Of a stretch of 64,000 nucleotides of DNA, positions 18,628-27,544 are shown piece by piece (within the stretch, counting starts at the first letter, position 1; every line of letters begins with the position of its first letter). Source of the stretch: Candidatus Kaiserbacteria bacterium (lineage in GTDB: Bacteria; Patescibacteriota; Minisyncoccia; Phycocordibacterales; Phycocordibacteraceae); the NCBI GenBank assembly GCA_016182485.1, contig JACPGH010000006.1, positions 90,461-154,460 of the forward strand. Direction: 5' to 3'. The position numbers and the translations under genes were made by a program. Under the pieces are notes generated by a model. It ran no database searches and was not told the DNA's origin. It was given only the letters and a program-made list of their open reading frames with translations.

Positions 18628-19679
18628 TCTTTATATAACTCGAGCACGGCCAGCTCGAGCGGGAGCGCAGGAATAGGCGCATATCGGATGCGCTCTCCTG
18701 CCTCGAGAAATGCCCGTAGCGTCTTATGCGTGATGTGGGAAGTGCTACTTACCACATCATTGCCGGAGATTTTTTCGAGCGCTGCGAATTCGTCCGCCCC
18801 GAGCTCGCTCGCGAGCTCGGGGCGGAGCTCGGGCGCATAGCGGATGAGAAGCACCGAGCGCAATCCTTCGAGCACAAGCTCCAGATAAAGGCGCATATCT
18901 ATGCCGGCTCTGGCCGCTTTTTCTATCGTCTCAAGCGCGCGGCCTTGGCCCCCAGCGGGCGGCGCCTTTGCGAGCGCGGAAAGAAGCGCATGCACCTGCT
19001 CTCGGCGCGGCGCGGCTGTGACTGCTTCTACCGATTCCCGCGAAATAATTTTTCCTGGAGCCGCGACGAGAACCTTCTGCAACACCGAAAGCGCGTCGCG
19101 ATACGAGCCCTCGGCGAGAATGGCGACGAGCTCGGCCGCGGCCGCCTCGAGGGCAACCCCCTCCTTCTTGGCGACCGCGATTGCAGTCTTCGCGAGCACT
19201 GCTCTAGTAGGCTTCTTGAACTCGAACACCTGACAGCGCGATTGCACGGTTTCCGGCACTTTTTCGATTTCGGTTGTTGCAAGTATGAAAACAGCGTGCG
19301 CCGGGGGTTCCTCCAGCGTCTTCAAGAAAGCATTCCAGGCGCCCTTCGAGAGCATGTGCACTTCGTCGAGAATGTACACCTTATAGGACGACTCGAACGG
19401 CAACGTGTACACGCCCTCGGTGAGCGCGCGGATATCTTCTACGCTGTTGTGGCTTGCCGCGTCTATTTCATGCAGATCACGCTCGCTCGTGCCAATCGCG
19501 GCGGCGAAGATGCGCGCTACCGAAGTTTTCCCCAAGCCGCGGCTTCCGGCAAAAAGATAGGCGTGGCCGATCTTTTTTGCTTTGACCGCTTCAGATAACG
19601 GCTTCGTCACCTGTTCTTGCCCTATGACTTCTTCAAATGTCGCCGGCCGATACGTGCGATAGAGAGCCTGATGCGCCAT
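18624..19679 (-). CDS. dnaX: DNA polymerase III gamma/tau (short form)
   Basis: ALYRTYRP, GSRGLGKT, EIDAAS, DEVHML, LKTLEEPP, SRC. Confidence 0.96.
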   Translation of the reverse strand: MAHQALYRTYRPATFEEVIGQEQVTKPLSEAVKAKKIGHAYLFAGSRGLGKTSVARIFAAAIGTSERDLHEIDAASHNSVEDIRALTEGVYTLPFESSYKVYILDEVHMLSKGAWNAFLKTLEEPPAHAVFILATTEIEKVPETVQSRCQVFEFKKPTRAVLAKTAIAVAKKEGVALEAAAAELVAILAEGSYRDALSVLQKVLVAAPGKIISRESVEAVTAAPRREQVHALLSALAKAPPAGGQGRALETIEKAARAGIDMRLYLELVLEGLRSVLLIRYAPELRPELASELGADEFAALEKISGNDVVSSTSHITHKTLRAFLEAGERIRYAPIPALPLELAVLELYKE

Positions 19680-19715
19680 TCAATTAGTATAGAGGCGCTA
19701 GGCGCTAGGCGCTAG

Positions 19716-19770
19716 GCATAAAAAACATCGCGGCCGGGTCCTCTACCCGGCCGCTTGAGTCGCCCGACTA
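19716..19770 (-). terminator. Terminator/3' unit shared with 20922-20978
   Basis: GCGGCCGGGT-loop-ACCCGGCCGC then GATGTTTTTT on - strand. Confidence 0.75.
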
Positions 19771-19791
19771 CGTACGAATACTCCGATTCGC

Positions 19792-20487
19792 TCAGCACTT
19801 CTTCCGCAGCACTCGTTTCGGCGTCTTGCCGGCCGGTTGAGGGAACATTTTACGGGCCTTGGCTCGCATCTGAGCCCTCAGTGCCTCGATTGAGGCAAGC
19901 ACGCGAGCGATCTCGTCGTTGAGAAGCTCCTGTTCTGTCCGGAGCTCCTCATATTCTCTCTGATGGTATGGAGGGATGTACCGTTCATCGCTTTCGGCAT
20001 CGTACTCTTCTAGTGCATTGCACGCGTCGTCAATGTCAGACTGCAGTTCTTTCAGTCCAGCGAGCACTCCCTGACGAGCGGAGACGATACAGCCGAGGTT
20101 ACCGAACTGGAGCGGCCGTTTTTTGCGCCGCTTTGCCCGCGGCGCAGGCCTCCCGACCTTGACCCATGTTCCTAGCGAGAACTGCTCGTACCCGCCCCCG
20201 ACGACAACCGGGTAGAGCCAGCCGGTCGTCTTCTGCCACTCTAGCTTCGACAGGCCGCAGGCGGACTGGAACTTCTTACCCGCTTCTTCCACTGTCCGCA
20301 CGTCGAGCCGGATCATCTCGACACGGCTCTCCTTCGGTTGGAAAAACTGCAGAATGCAGCGGTAGAGCAGATATCCGACTGTGGCCCCGCTGCACTTCCG
20401 TCTGGCGAGTTCGACGAGGGCTATGAACGAAGCACCCGCCTCGTCCTGTCCAGCAGCGTATTGAAGCTTCCGCGCATAGAGTGCCAT
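19792..20487 (-). CDS. Orphan protein with PLQFGNL motif and coiled coil
   Basis: AAGGAG SD, TACTAT -10, own terminator. Confidence 0.7.
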   Translation of the reverse strand: MALYARKLQYAAGQDEAGASFIALVELARRKCSGATVGYLLYRCILQFFQPKESRVEMIRLDVRTVEEAGKKFQSACGLSKLEWQKTTGWLYPVVVGGGYEQFSLGTWVKVGRPAPRAKRRKKRPLQFGNLGCIVSARQGVLAGLKELQSDIDDACNALEEYDAESDERYIPPYHQREYEELRTEQELLNDEIARVLASIEALRAQMRAKARKMFPQPAGKTPKRVLRKKC

Positions 20488-20593
20488 GCGGCTCTCCTTT
20501 CTTTCTTGGGTGCTGTCCGAAGCTCATAGTACCATTTCGCTAGCTATAGCAGTGGCGGCCGGTCCCGAGATTCGGGACCGGCCGCGCGAACGG

Positions 20594-20857
20594 TCACGCT
20601 GGAGGCGTGAGCCGAAATGGCTTGCGGGCCTGCGCACAAAGCCCGCCGTTGCGGAAGCACGTCTCGCACCTGATTCTCTGGACCTCCGCCATTTCGGAGT
20701 CCACCTCCGCGTCCGTATACGCGAAGGCTTGGTTAAGCGCCGCCAGACGTACTAGCTGAATGTGCACAAGGTTCCCGAACTGAAGAGGCGTCGGGATGTT
20801 CCGCCGTGCGGATTTCCGCAAGCGAAGAAGCGCAGTTCCCATCTTCGGACAGGTCAT
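20594..20857 (-). CDS. Small orphan protein with PLQFGNL motif and CxxC...C
   Basis: TTGCCA-17-TAGACT promoter, AAAGGGG SD, MTCPKMG start, hairpin at 20555-20585. Confidence 0.6.
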   Translation of the reverse strand: MTCPKMGTALLRLRKSARRNIPTPLQFGNLVHIQLVRLAALNQAFAYTDAEVDSEMAEVQRIRCETCFRNGGLCAQARKPFRLTPPA

Positions 20858-20921
20858 CGGGCCCCCTTTCGAACGATCGTCTGTCCAGAGTCTATCTGTG
20901 AACAAAAGTATTGGCAATTTC

Positions 20922-20978
20922 GCATATAAACATCGCGGCCGGGTGGCATGCCACCCGGCCGCTGCTCGTCGCCCTACC
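20922..20978 (-). terminator. Terminator/3' unit shared with 19716-19770
   Basis: AAACATCGCGGCCGGGT-GGCATGCC-ACCCGGCCGCT. Confidence 0.75.
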
Positions 20979-21606
20979 AGTCCCCGTCTCCGAGGAGGCC
21001 ATCAGCCCTTCTGTAATTCGCTTCGTAGCCGAAGCAGTGACGGGACTCCGCAAGGCGCTCTCCGACAATCATGAGCTCGGTGTACGGGATGGTGTCGTGT
21101 CCGAGGCCATCGCCGTGTATGTCGAACACCATGTTGTCGTGCGTGCCCGCGACGAGCAGGTCGCCGCGCGCGAACTGTGCGTCCAGGTTCTCGAGGCCGC
21201 GACGCAACACCCCCTTGAACTCCTTCTCATACCACACCCGCACCTTGTCCAGGACCATGTCCCGGGAGGCCGGCGAGAGCCCTTGGATGATGCGGGCCGT
21301 CTGTCGCGGCGAGAGCCGCACGACGTTGTCCGGCAAGCTGCACTTGTCGCAGTAGACGACGAAGCGCACGTTGAGCCAGAGGCGAACGTAGTCCGTGCTC
21401 AGAAGTTCGCTCAGACGAATCTCCGTGTTCGCCCGGCTGCCAATGTCGGTGATCCGCCTGATGACTTCGACACCGAATCGGCCGTTCAGACAGGCGTGCG
21501 GGCGATAGCATGGTTCCTCGGCTCTCTCGAGCGCGGCGATTCCGCGGTTCAGCTCCCGCCTGACTGCAGAATCCTCGCCGAGCTTCACCAGCGTCCAGTT
21601 GTCCAT
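20974..21606 (-). CDS. Orphan hypothetical protein
   Basis: TTGACG-17-TAGTGT promoter overlapping dus end; GGGAGG SD before MDNWTL. Confidence 0.7.
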   Translation of the reverse strand: MDNWTLVKLGEDSAVRRELNRGIAALERAEEPCYRPHACLNGRFGVEVIRRITDIGSRANTEIRLSELLSTDYVRLWLNVRFVVYCDKCSLPDNVVRLSPRQTARIIQGLSPASRDMVLDKVRVWYEKEFKGVLRRGLENLDAQFARGDLLVAGTHDNMVFDIHGDGLGHDTIPYTELMIVGERLAESRHCFGYEANYRRADGLLGDGDW

Positions 21607-21654
21607 GATGTTCCTCCCGAGTTTCGAATCTTTGAACAAACTTCCGAGCGTACA

Positions 21655-22710
21655 CTATAATTTAACTCGTAAAGCGTCAATCGCCGCAATCAGTTCATCG
21701 GCGCACACGCTTCGCATCAAAGTTGCTCGCATGTCAGCGGCGCCGTCGAAACCGGAGACGAACGCTTTGATGTGCTTCTTTAGGACGTCGAAATGCTTCG
21801 GCGGTGAAAGACTTTCAAAGCCGTGCGCAAGCTCGCCAAGCGCCCGTAATTTCTCCTCGAGCCTATGTTCGGACATCGCATGTCCAACTTCACGGGAGGA
21901 CATCCGATGTCCTGCAATGCCTTCAAATAGCCACGGATTACCGAACAGCGCGCGGCCGAGCATGACGCCGTCACAGCCGGACTCCTCCGCCTTCATTCGC
22001 GCGTCCTCCAGTCCGCGCACGTCGCCGTTGCCGATGAGGAGCACGCGCGGATTCACCCGGTTGCGGATCGAGACGGCTTTTTTCATCAGTTCCCAGTCAG
22101 CCGGCGCTTTTGACATCTGTTTGCGCGTGCGCAGATGAAGCGTGATCGCCGCAGGTTCCGCTTCGAGCAGGACCGGCAGCCATTCATCGAGCGACTCCTT
22201 GCTATACCCCACGCGCGTTTTCACCGAAACCGGCATCCGTACCAATTTCGTCCTATAGGCTGGATTTGGTACGGAAGCTCGCCAGGCTTCTTGCGCCGCG
22301 CGAATAAGCGCGGCGGCATGTTTCGGATTTTTTATGAGCGCGGCTCCGGCTTCTTGTTTCTCGATAGATTTGTCCGGGCAGCCCATGTTGAGATCCACGC
22401 CGTCGAATCCGAGCTCCGCTACAAGTTTTGTCGCATAGGCGATCATTTCCGGCTTGCTCGAAAATATCTGCGCGACGATCGGATGCTCTTCGGCAGAAAA
22501 CTGCAGGTCGCGTATGAGAGGATTCTCAGCATCCGGGATTCTCTGCACTTCGCCCGTGTGATACAAGCCGTCCGCCGAAACGAATTCGGTCCATATGACG
22601 TCCGGCTTGCCGTAACGAACGAGCAGCCCCCGAAAGGCCGCGTCCGTCACATCCGCCATCGGCGCGGAAGCGAAAAACGGCCTCGGCAGCTTGTTCCAAA
22701 ACGATTCCAT
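21655..22710 (-). CDS. dus: tRNA-dihydrouridine synthase
   Basis: APMADVTD, TEFVS, DLNMGCP, GAALI, SVKTRVG, IGNGDV, MLGRA. Confidence 0.95.
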   Translation of the reverse strand: MESFWNKLPRPFFASAPMADVTDAAFRGLLVRYGKPDVIWTEFVSADGLYHTGEVQRIPDAENPLIRDLQFSAEEHPIVAQIFSSKPEMIAYATKLVAELGFDGVDLNMGCPDKSIEKQEAGAALIKNPKHAAALIRAAQEAWRASVPNPAYRTKLVRMPVSVKTRVGYSKESLDEWLPVLLEAEPAAITLHLRTRKQMSKAPADWELMKKAVSIRNRVNPRVLLIGNGDVRGLEDARMKAEESGCDGVMLGRALFGNPWLFEGIAGHRMSSREVGHAMSEHRLEEKLRALGELAHGFESLSPPKHFDVLKKHIKAFVSGFDGAADMRATLMRSVCADELIAAIDALRVKL

Positions 22711-22741
22711 AGCTTCACCCTACCAAAATGGGTTGCTAGCG

Positions 22742-23563
22742 CTAGCGCCTCTTCAAATACACCTTTCCGTTAAAGCGCAAATCTACGTATTCGAAAGATC
22801 CGTCTGCGAGGTTCACGTTCGGACTCGCTGAAACGAGCTCCGTGTACGCATTCTGCTCCTGGCCGAATAGATACGTGACGCGAGTGCCGCTCGCGAGCAT
22901 GTCATCCACCTCATCATCGCGTATGTGTATGTAGGTCACCGGTGAACCCAACGTTCCCAACCGGCGCGCGAAATCGAAAGTGCCGGGCAACTTCTCGGCA
23001 AGAAGGACCGTCGCTCGCAGCGGGAGAGCTGGACTGCCTTCAAGAGGCGCGTATACAGTGAAATCCTGTACCGTCTGCGTAGTGGTCGCATACGGCGCAT
23101 ACAGGTAACCGTTCGCGTCAAAGATGTAGCACTGTTCCTCCGCAAGCGGAGACAGCCCGCACCAACGCGCTATCGGGACTCTCTCAGAGATCGTGACTGA
23201 CAGGCTCGTCAAGCTGCGAGAAATCGAGACGGCGGCTATATCGGGACGCGCCGCCATAACGCGCGCGCGTACGCGAGACGCGGAGAAGAAAAAAGCGGAA
23301 TCCCGGGGAATAATGCCCGCATAATACCCGTCAAGCGCGGCGCGTACGATGGATTCTGTCGAAGGATCGGCGGTCTCGATGCGGGAGATGCGGACCGCAC
23401 TTTGCCGCAAGCCCGTTATGATCACGAGCGAAGCGAGAAGGAGGAAAATGCCGAAGGCGGCGAGGACCCGGCGGCGCCCTCGGCGCCGCCGGGCCGCGAG
23501 ACTCTGCCTCCCGCCCTGGCCGGGCAAGCTATCCCGCTCCCCCGATGACGGCCTTGCCAACAT
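22742..23563 (-). CDS. FtsQ/DivIB-like cell division protein
   Basis: Basic N-tail, TM, POTRA-like region, ISERVPIARWC, EYVDLRFNGKVY. Confidence 0.75.
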   Translation of the reverse strand: MLARPSSGERDSLPGQGGRQSLAARRRRGRRRVLAAFGIFLLLASLVIITGLRQSAVRISRIETADPSTESIVRAALDGYYAGIIPRDSAFFFSASRVRARVMAARPDIAAVSISRSLTSLSVTISERVPIARWCGLSPLAEEQCYIFDANGYLYAPYATTTQTVQDFTVYAPLEGSPALPLRATVLLAEKLPGTFDFARRLGTLGSPVTYIHIRDDEVDDMLASGTRVTYLFGQEQNAYTELVSASPNVNLADGSFEYVDLRFNGKVYLKRR

Positions 23564-24842
23564 ACGGGACCAATGCTTCCGGCACTTTCACCGTACCATC
23601 CGCCTGCTGATAATTCTCTACGATAGCTATCAGTGTCCGCCCGATCGCGAATGCGGTCGCGTCATTCATATGCACATGTGTAAGATCTCCACTCTTGCTC
23701 CGAACGCGCGTATTGAGCCTCCGCGCCTGATAGCCGCCCATGTAATCAGATGTCTGAGTTTCTCGGTAGGTATCCTGACCCGGCATCCAGGTTTCAATAT
23801 CGAACTGCCGCTGATCCGGTTTCCCCATGTCGCCGGTACAGATCGCTACGACTTGGTACGGCAATTTAAGCGATTGCATGAGGTGTTCTTGAATCGCAAC
23901 GAAAAAATCTTGTTCTTGATATCCGTTTTCCGGCCGAGAGAAGCTTTCGAGTTCGAGCTTATCGAATTGGTGTTGTCTAAGAATACCGCGCGTGTCCTTG
24001 CCCGCCGCGCCTGCCTCCCGCCGAAAGGCCGTTGAATACCCAACATACCTGATCGGCAAAGACTCGTCCCCAAGGATCTCATTCATGTGGAGTGGTCCCA
24101 AGGTGTGCTCTGCGCTGCCGACAAGCACGAGGTCGTCTTTTTCAAAGAAGTACCGCTCTTCGATCGGTTGCAGACGTGCCATGCGGCCCATAACATCGCT
24201 CCGCATGAGGACGGGCGGAATGATCGGAATGAACGGCGTTGCCGCCACGGGGAGATTGGCTTTCTGTGCGATCCCAGCAAGCTCTTCGCGCGACGTAAGA
24301 ACTTTAAGCGCGAAAGCTATTAGCCCGAACTGCATGAGAACTGCATCTCCTTTAAGATATGAGAAACGTGCGCCAGACACTGCTGCCGCCCGTTCCGTAT
24401 CTATTATGTCCAATTCTCTGCCGATGTCCCAATGCGCTTTGGGCTTGAAATCGAAAGTCGGCCGCTCGCCCCATTTTCGCACAACCACATTGCCCGATTC
24501 ATCCGGACCTACCGGCGTATCGGGCGAAGGAATGTTTGGAACGGAAAGAAGCAATTTGGTCCATCTTTGCAACAATTCCTGATACCGCCCTTCAGCCTCG
24601 GTCATTCCGATTTTCAAATGCTGCATTGCTTCGATCACCTTCTCTCGCTCGAAACCCTTAAAAGTCTGGATTTCTTGGCTTCTTCGGTTCTGTTCGGCCC
24701 GCTTGGCGTCTAATTCTTGGCGTATCTTTTTACGCTCATCGTCCAATTTCAAAAGTTCGTCAAGGTCCACATCAACCCCTTTCTTCGCGGCGGCGTCTTT
24801 CACTACTTCCAGATTCTCCCGTATGAAATGTATGTCGAGCAT
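23529..24842 (-). CDS. serS: Serine-tRNA ligase
   Basis: MLDIHFIREN, FRREAG, RGILRQHQFDKLE, YQARRLN, ENYQQADG. Confidence 0.97.
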   Translation of the reverse strand: MLDIHFIRENLEVVKDAAAKKGVDVDLDELLKLDDERKKIRQELDAKRAEQNRRSQEIQTFKGFEREKVIEAMQHLKIGMTEAEGRYQELLQRWTKLLLSVPNIPSPDTPVGPDESGNVVVRKWGERPTFDFKPKAHWDIGRELDIIDTERAAAVSGARFSYLKGDAVLMQFGLIAFALKVLTSREELAGIAQKANLPVAATPFIPIIPPVLMRSDVMGRMARLQPIEERYFFEKDDLVLVGSAEHTLGPLHMNEILGDESLPIRYVGYSTAFRREAGAAGKDTRGILRQHQFDKLELESFSRPENGYQEQDFFVAIQEHLMQSLKLPYQVVAICTGDMGKPDQRQFDIETWMPGQDTYRETQTSDYMGGYQARRLNTRVRSKSGDLTHVHMNDATAFAIGRTLIAIVENYQQADGTVKVPEALVPYVGKAVIGGAG

Positions 24843-24864
24843 TGCCGCCTAGTATACTGCATTC
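24843..24864. promoter_or_regulatory. Bidirectional -10 element AGTATACT between divergent serS and dprA
   Basis: TATACT on both strands, 8 and 6 nt from the two ATGs, in a 22-bp gap. Confidence 0.75.
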
Positions 24865-25746
24865 ATGGACGTACGTGAGCTCAAACGCACAGAGTGGCCC
24901 ACGCAGCTCCTAGAAATTCCGCAGCCGCCGGAGAAATTATGGCTTCGCGGAACATTACCGCCCGAAGGCACAAAATATTTGACGGTTGTCGGCAGTCGCG
25001 CGATGACGCGCTACGGCGACGAAGCGTGCCGAAAGCTTATAGCTGGTTTGGCTGGTTATCCTGTTTCTATAGTTTCCGGTTTGGCGCTCGGCGTGGATAC
25101 CTGCGCGCATAAGGCCGCGCTCGGCGCAGGCTTGCACACGCTGGCGGTGCCGGGCTCGGGACTTGACGATTCGATCCTCTATCCGCGGAGCAATCGGGCA
25201 TTCGCGAAGGAGATTCTCGCGAAAGGCGGCGGGATGATATCCGAGTACGACCCGCAAACGCCCTCGCATGTGCGCTACTTCCCTGAACGCAACCGGATCA
25301 TGGTCGGCCTGGCCGATGCGGTGCTCGTCGTTGAGGCGGGCGAGAAGTCCGGCACGCTTATCACTGCGCGCTTGGCTTCCGAGTACAACCGCGACCTGCT
25401 CTGTATCCCGCATCGCATCGGCGACCCGCATTCCTTCGGGCCGCACCTTTTCATCCGGCTCGGCGCGGCGCTCGTGACCGACCCGATCCATATACTCGAA
25501 GCCCTGCATATCACGCCTAGAGAAACCGCCTCTGTCGAAGCGCCGAGCAACCTTGAGGCCGCCGAGCTGGTTGTCTGGAATATGCTCGCAGAGCCGCAAA
25601 CGCGCGACGAAATACTGCGCGCTTCGACTTCCCTCGACTTTGCTCGGGATAAATCGCTCGACGCCGGAGAAGTTTTGACGGCTCTCGTCGCGCTCGAATT
25701 GCGCGGCTTGATCAAAGAAGAATTCGGCGCCTGGCGCCGCGCCTAA
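24865..25746 (+). CDS. dprA: DNA-processing protein DprA
   Basis: VVGSR, IVSGLALGVD, FPERNRI, EAGEKSGTLITA. Confidence 0.96.
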   Translation: MDVRELKRTEWPTQLLEIPQPPEKLWLRGTLPPEGTKYLTVVGSRAMTRYGDEACRKLIAGLAGYPVSIVSGLALGVDTCAHKAALGAGLHTLAVPGSGLDDSILYPRSNRAFAKEILAKGGGMISEYDPQTPSHVRYFPERNRIMVGLADAVLVVEAGEKSGTLITARLASEYNRDLLCIPHRIGDPHSFGPHLFIRLGAALVTDPIHILEALHITPRETASVEAPSNLEAAELVVWNMLAEPQTRDEILRASTSLDFARDKSLDAGEVLTALVALELRGLIKEEFGAWRRA

Positions 25747-25776
25747 TAAAGCCAGTTTAAGTCTGACTTAAGCAAA

Positions 25777-26556
25777 ATGACTATCTATTCCTGGAACATG
25801 CTCTTTCGCAACCGCGAGCTGGAACGCGCCTTCGCCTTCATTCGCGACGCGGACTTCGATATTTTCTGCCTGCAGGAAGTGCCGGACAATTTTCTCACAC
25901 GACTGCATACGCTCCCATGCCATATTGCGTACCGCATCGATGTGGAGAGGCATTTGCGCAACCGGGTCGAACATAATTTTGCCGTCATACTTTCCAAGCA
26001 CCCCATCGAATCCGGAGGCCGCATACCGTTTCCCGATTACTGGCCGCTCTTGCCCTTGCGCGCGCGTCTTTTTATCCGCATCATGCGTCCGCTCGCTTTT
26101 TCGGAAATGCGTAACCGCGGCGGCCTGTACGCCGACATTCGCATTCCCGGCAGCGCGGCTCTCGTGCGCATCTTCAACCTGCATCTTATTCTCATACATC
26201 CGACTTGGCGATTGAAGGAATTCGAGACGGCAATGACCGAGCGCGATAAATCCCGACCGACGATCGTCTGCGGCGATTTCAACACGCTCGAATCGCCGCA
26301 CATCGCGCCGCTTAACTGGCTAATGGGCGGCACGCTCGGGGACGCCGCGCGCTACAACCGCGAGCGCACGCATATTAATCATCGCTTCGTCGAACACGAG
26401 CTGACAAATGCTCTCAACGGCTCGATCACGCATCCGCTCTCGCGTTCCCAACTCGACCACATCCTAGTCTCGCACGCATTCGCTATCAAATCCGCCGAAG
26501 TCCTCCCCGACCGCGTCGGCTCCGATCATCATCCCATCCGGGTCGAGATAACTTAA
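25777..26556 (+). CDS. Endonuclease/exonuclease/phosphatase family protein
   Basis: SWN, DIFCLQEV, NLHL, CGDFN, LDHI, SDHHP. Confidence 0.93.
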   Translation: MTIYSWNMLFRNRELERAFAFIRDADFDIFCLQEVPDNFLTRLHTLPCHIAYRIDVERHLRNRVEHNFAVILSKHPIESGGRIPFPDYWPLLPLRARLFIRIMRPLAFSEMRNRGGLYADIRIPGSAALVRIFNLHLILIHPTWRLKEFETAMTERDKSRPTIVCGDFNTLESPHIAPLNWLMGGTLGDAARYNRERTHINHRFVEHELTNALNGSITHPLSRSQLDHILVSHAFAIKSAEVLPDRVGSDHHPIRVEIT

Positions 26557-26674
26557 TTTGTGATTTCGGAAGTTTATGGTATCATTGTAGTAGGTGGCTA
26601 CTGGGGCGTGAGATTGTCTTACGCACTGGAAATAGCCTGATCTTTTGGTCGCCTCGTACAGGGGGAATAAGACG

Positions 26675-27415
26675 ATGGCACGTACCATCCTCGAACGCGC
26701 ACCGATCCGCATCCCCGACACGCCGGAACTGCTCGGCCAGGAAATGTTCGCGCTTGCGAAGGAAGCGCACTCGGTGCTCGGCTACGCTGGCCTCATGACG
26801 GCCGACGGCGTCGTGCAGACGCTCCGACGCCAGTGTCTCGCCACGGCCGCCGAGGCGCTCGAGTCGCTCGGCATCGAGCCGTTCACAATCGAGTCCGTCG
26901 AGGCCTACAAGAAGGAAGAGCGCGAGCGCGTCATCGCCGAGGAGATCGCCAAGATCGATCCCGGGGTCCTGCGACGTCGCGCGAGGGCCGGGCACATCGC
27001 CCTCTCCGGCTGCGTCGCCGCTGCACTCGGCAGTTTCAGTCTGTTGCTGTTCGGCAACACGATCTCAGTCGGATTCCTCGTCGGCGGGATCGTGACGGCT
27101 GCGTGTTCCGGCTGGTTCTGGACCGTGTTCGGCTTTAACTACGCCGTGGCTGTCGCGCGGGCGGAGAGCTGGAGCTGGGTCAGCCGTCCGATAGACATGT
27201 ACAACAACCCGCAGGTTCCGACGGCAGCCGTGCGGACGGCCATCGCGCTCAAGAAGCTCCTGCCAGAGTGCGTGGTCGAGATCGAAAGCCTCGAACACAT
27301 GATGAACCGCGCCGGCGACCCGTTCCTGCGCATCGGCTTTCCAATGCCGGTCGAAGACAAGCTCTACATCCACATCGTTTGGGGCGAGCCGAACTACTCG
27401 GCGAAGTTCGAGTAA
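26675..27415 (+). CDS. Orphan two-TM membrane protein
   Basis: TTGTGA-16-TATCAT promoter, GGGGG SD, DPFL...W C-terminal motif, hairpin 27436-27468. Confidence 0.75.
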   Translation: MARTILERAPIRIPDTPELLGQEMFALAKEAHSVLGYAGLMTADGVVQTLRRQCLATAAEALESLGIEPFTIESVEAYKKEERERVIAEEIAKIDPGVLRRRARAGHIALSGCVAAALGSFSLLLFGNTISVGFLVGGIVTAACSGWFWTVFGFNYAVAVARAESWSWVSRPIDMYNNPQVPTAAVRTAIALKKLLPECVVEIESLEHMMNRAGDPFLRIGFPMPVEDKLYIHIVWGEPNYSAKFE

Positions 27416-27544
27416 TGAACGACCCCCCGAACGATTCAACGGGCCCGCGCCTCGCGCGGGCCCGTTCACTTTTTGAATGTTAATCCCTTCTTCGCACTTG
27501 ACCATATATAGGTATCCGCGGTATGTGTGAACACATACATTTAT

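Noticed and set aside
17908-19598. Long + strand ORFs of 310 and 290 aa
   Set aside because: Antisense shadows of matrixin and dnaX
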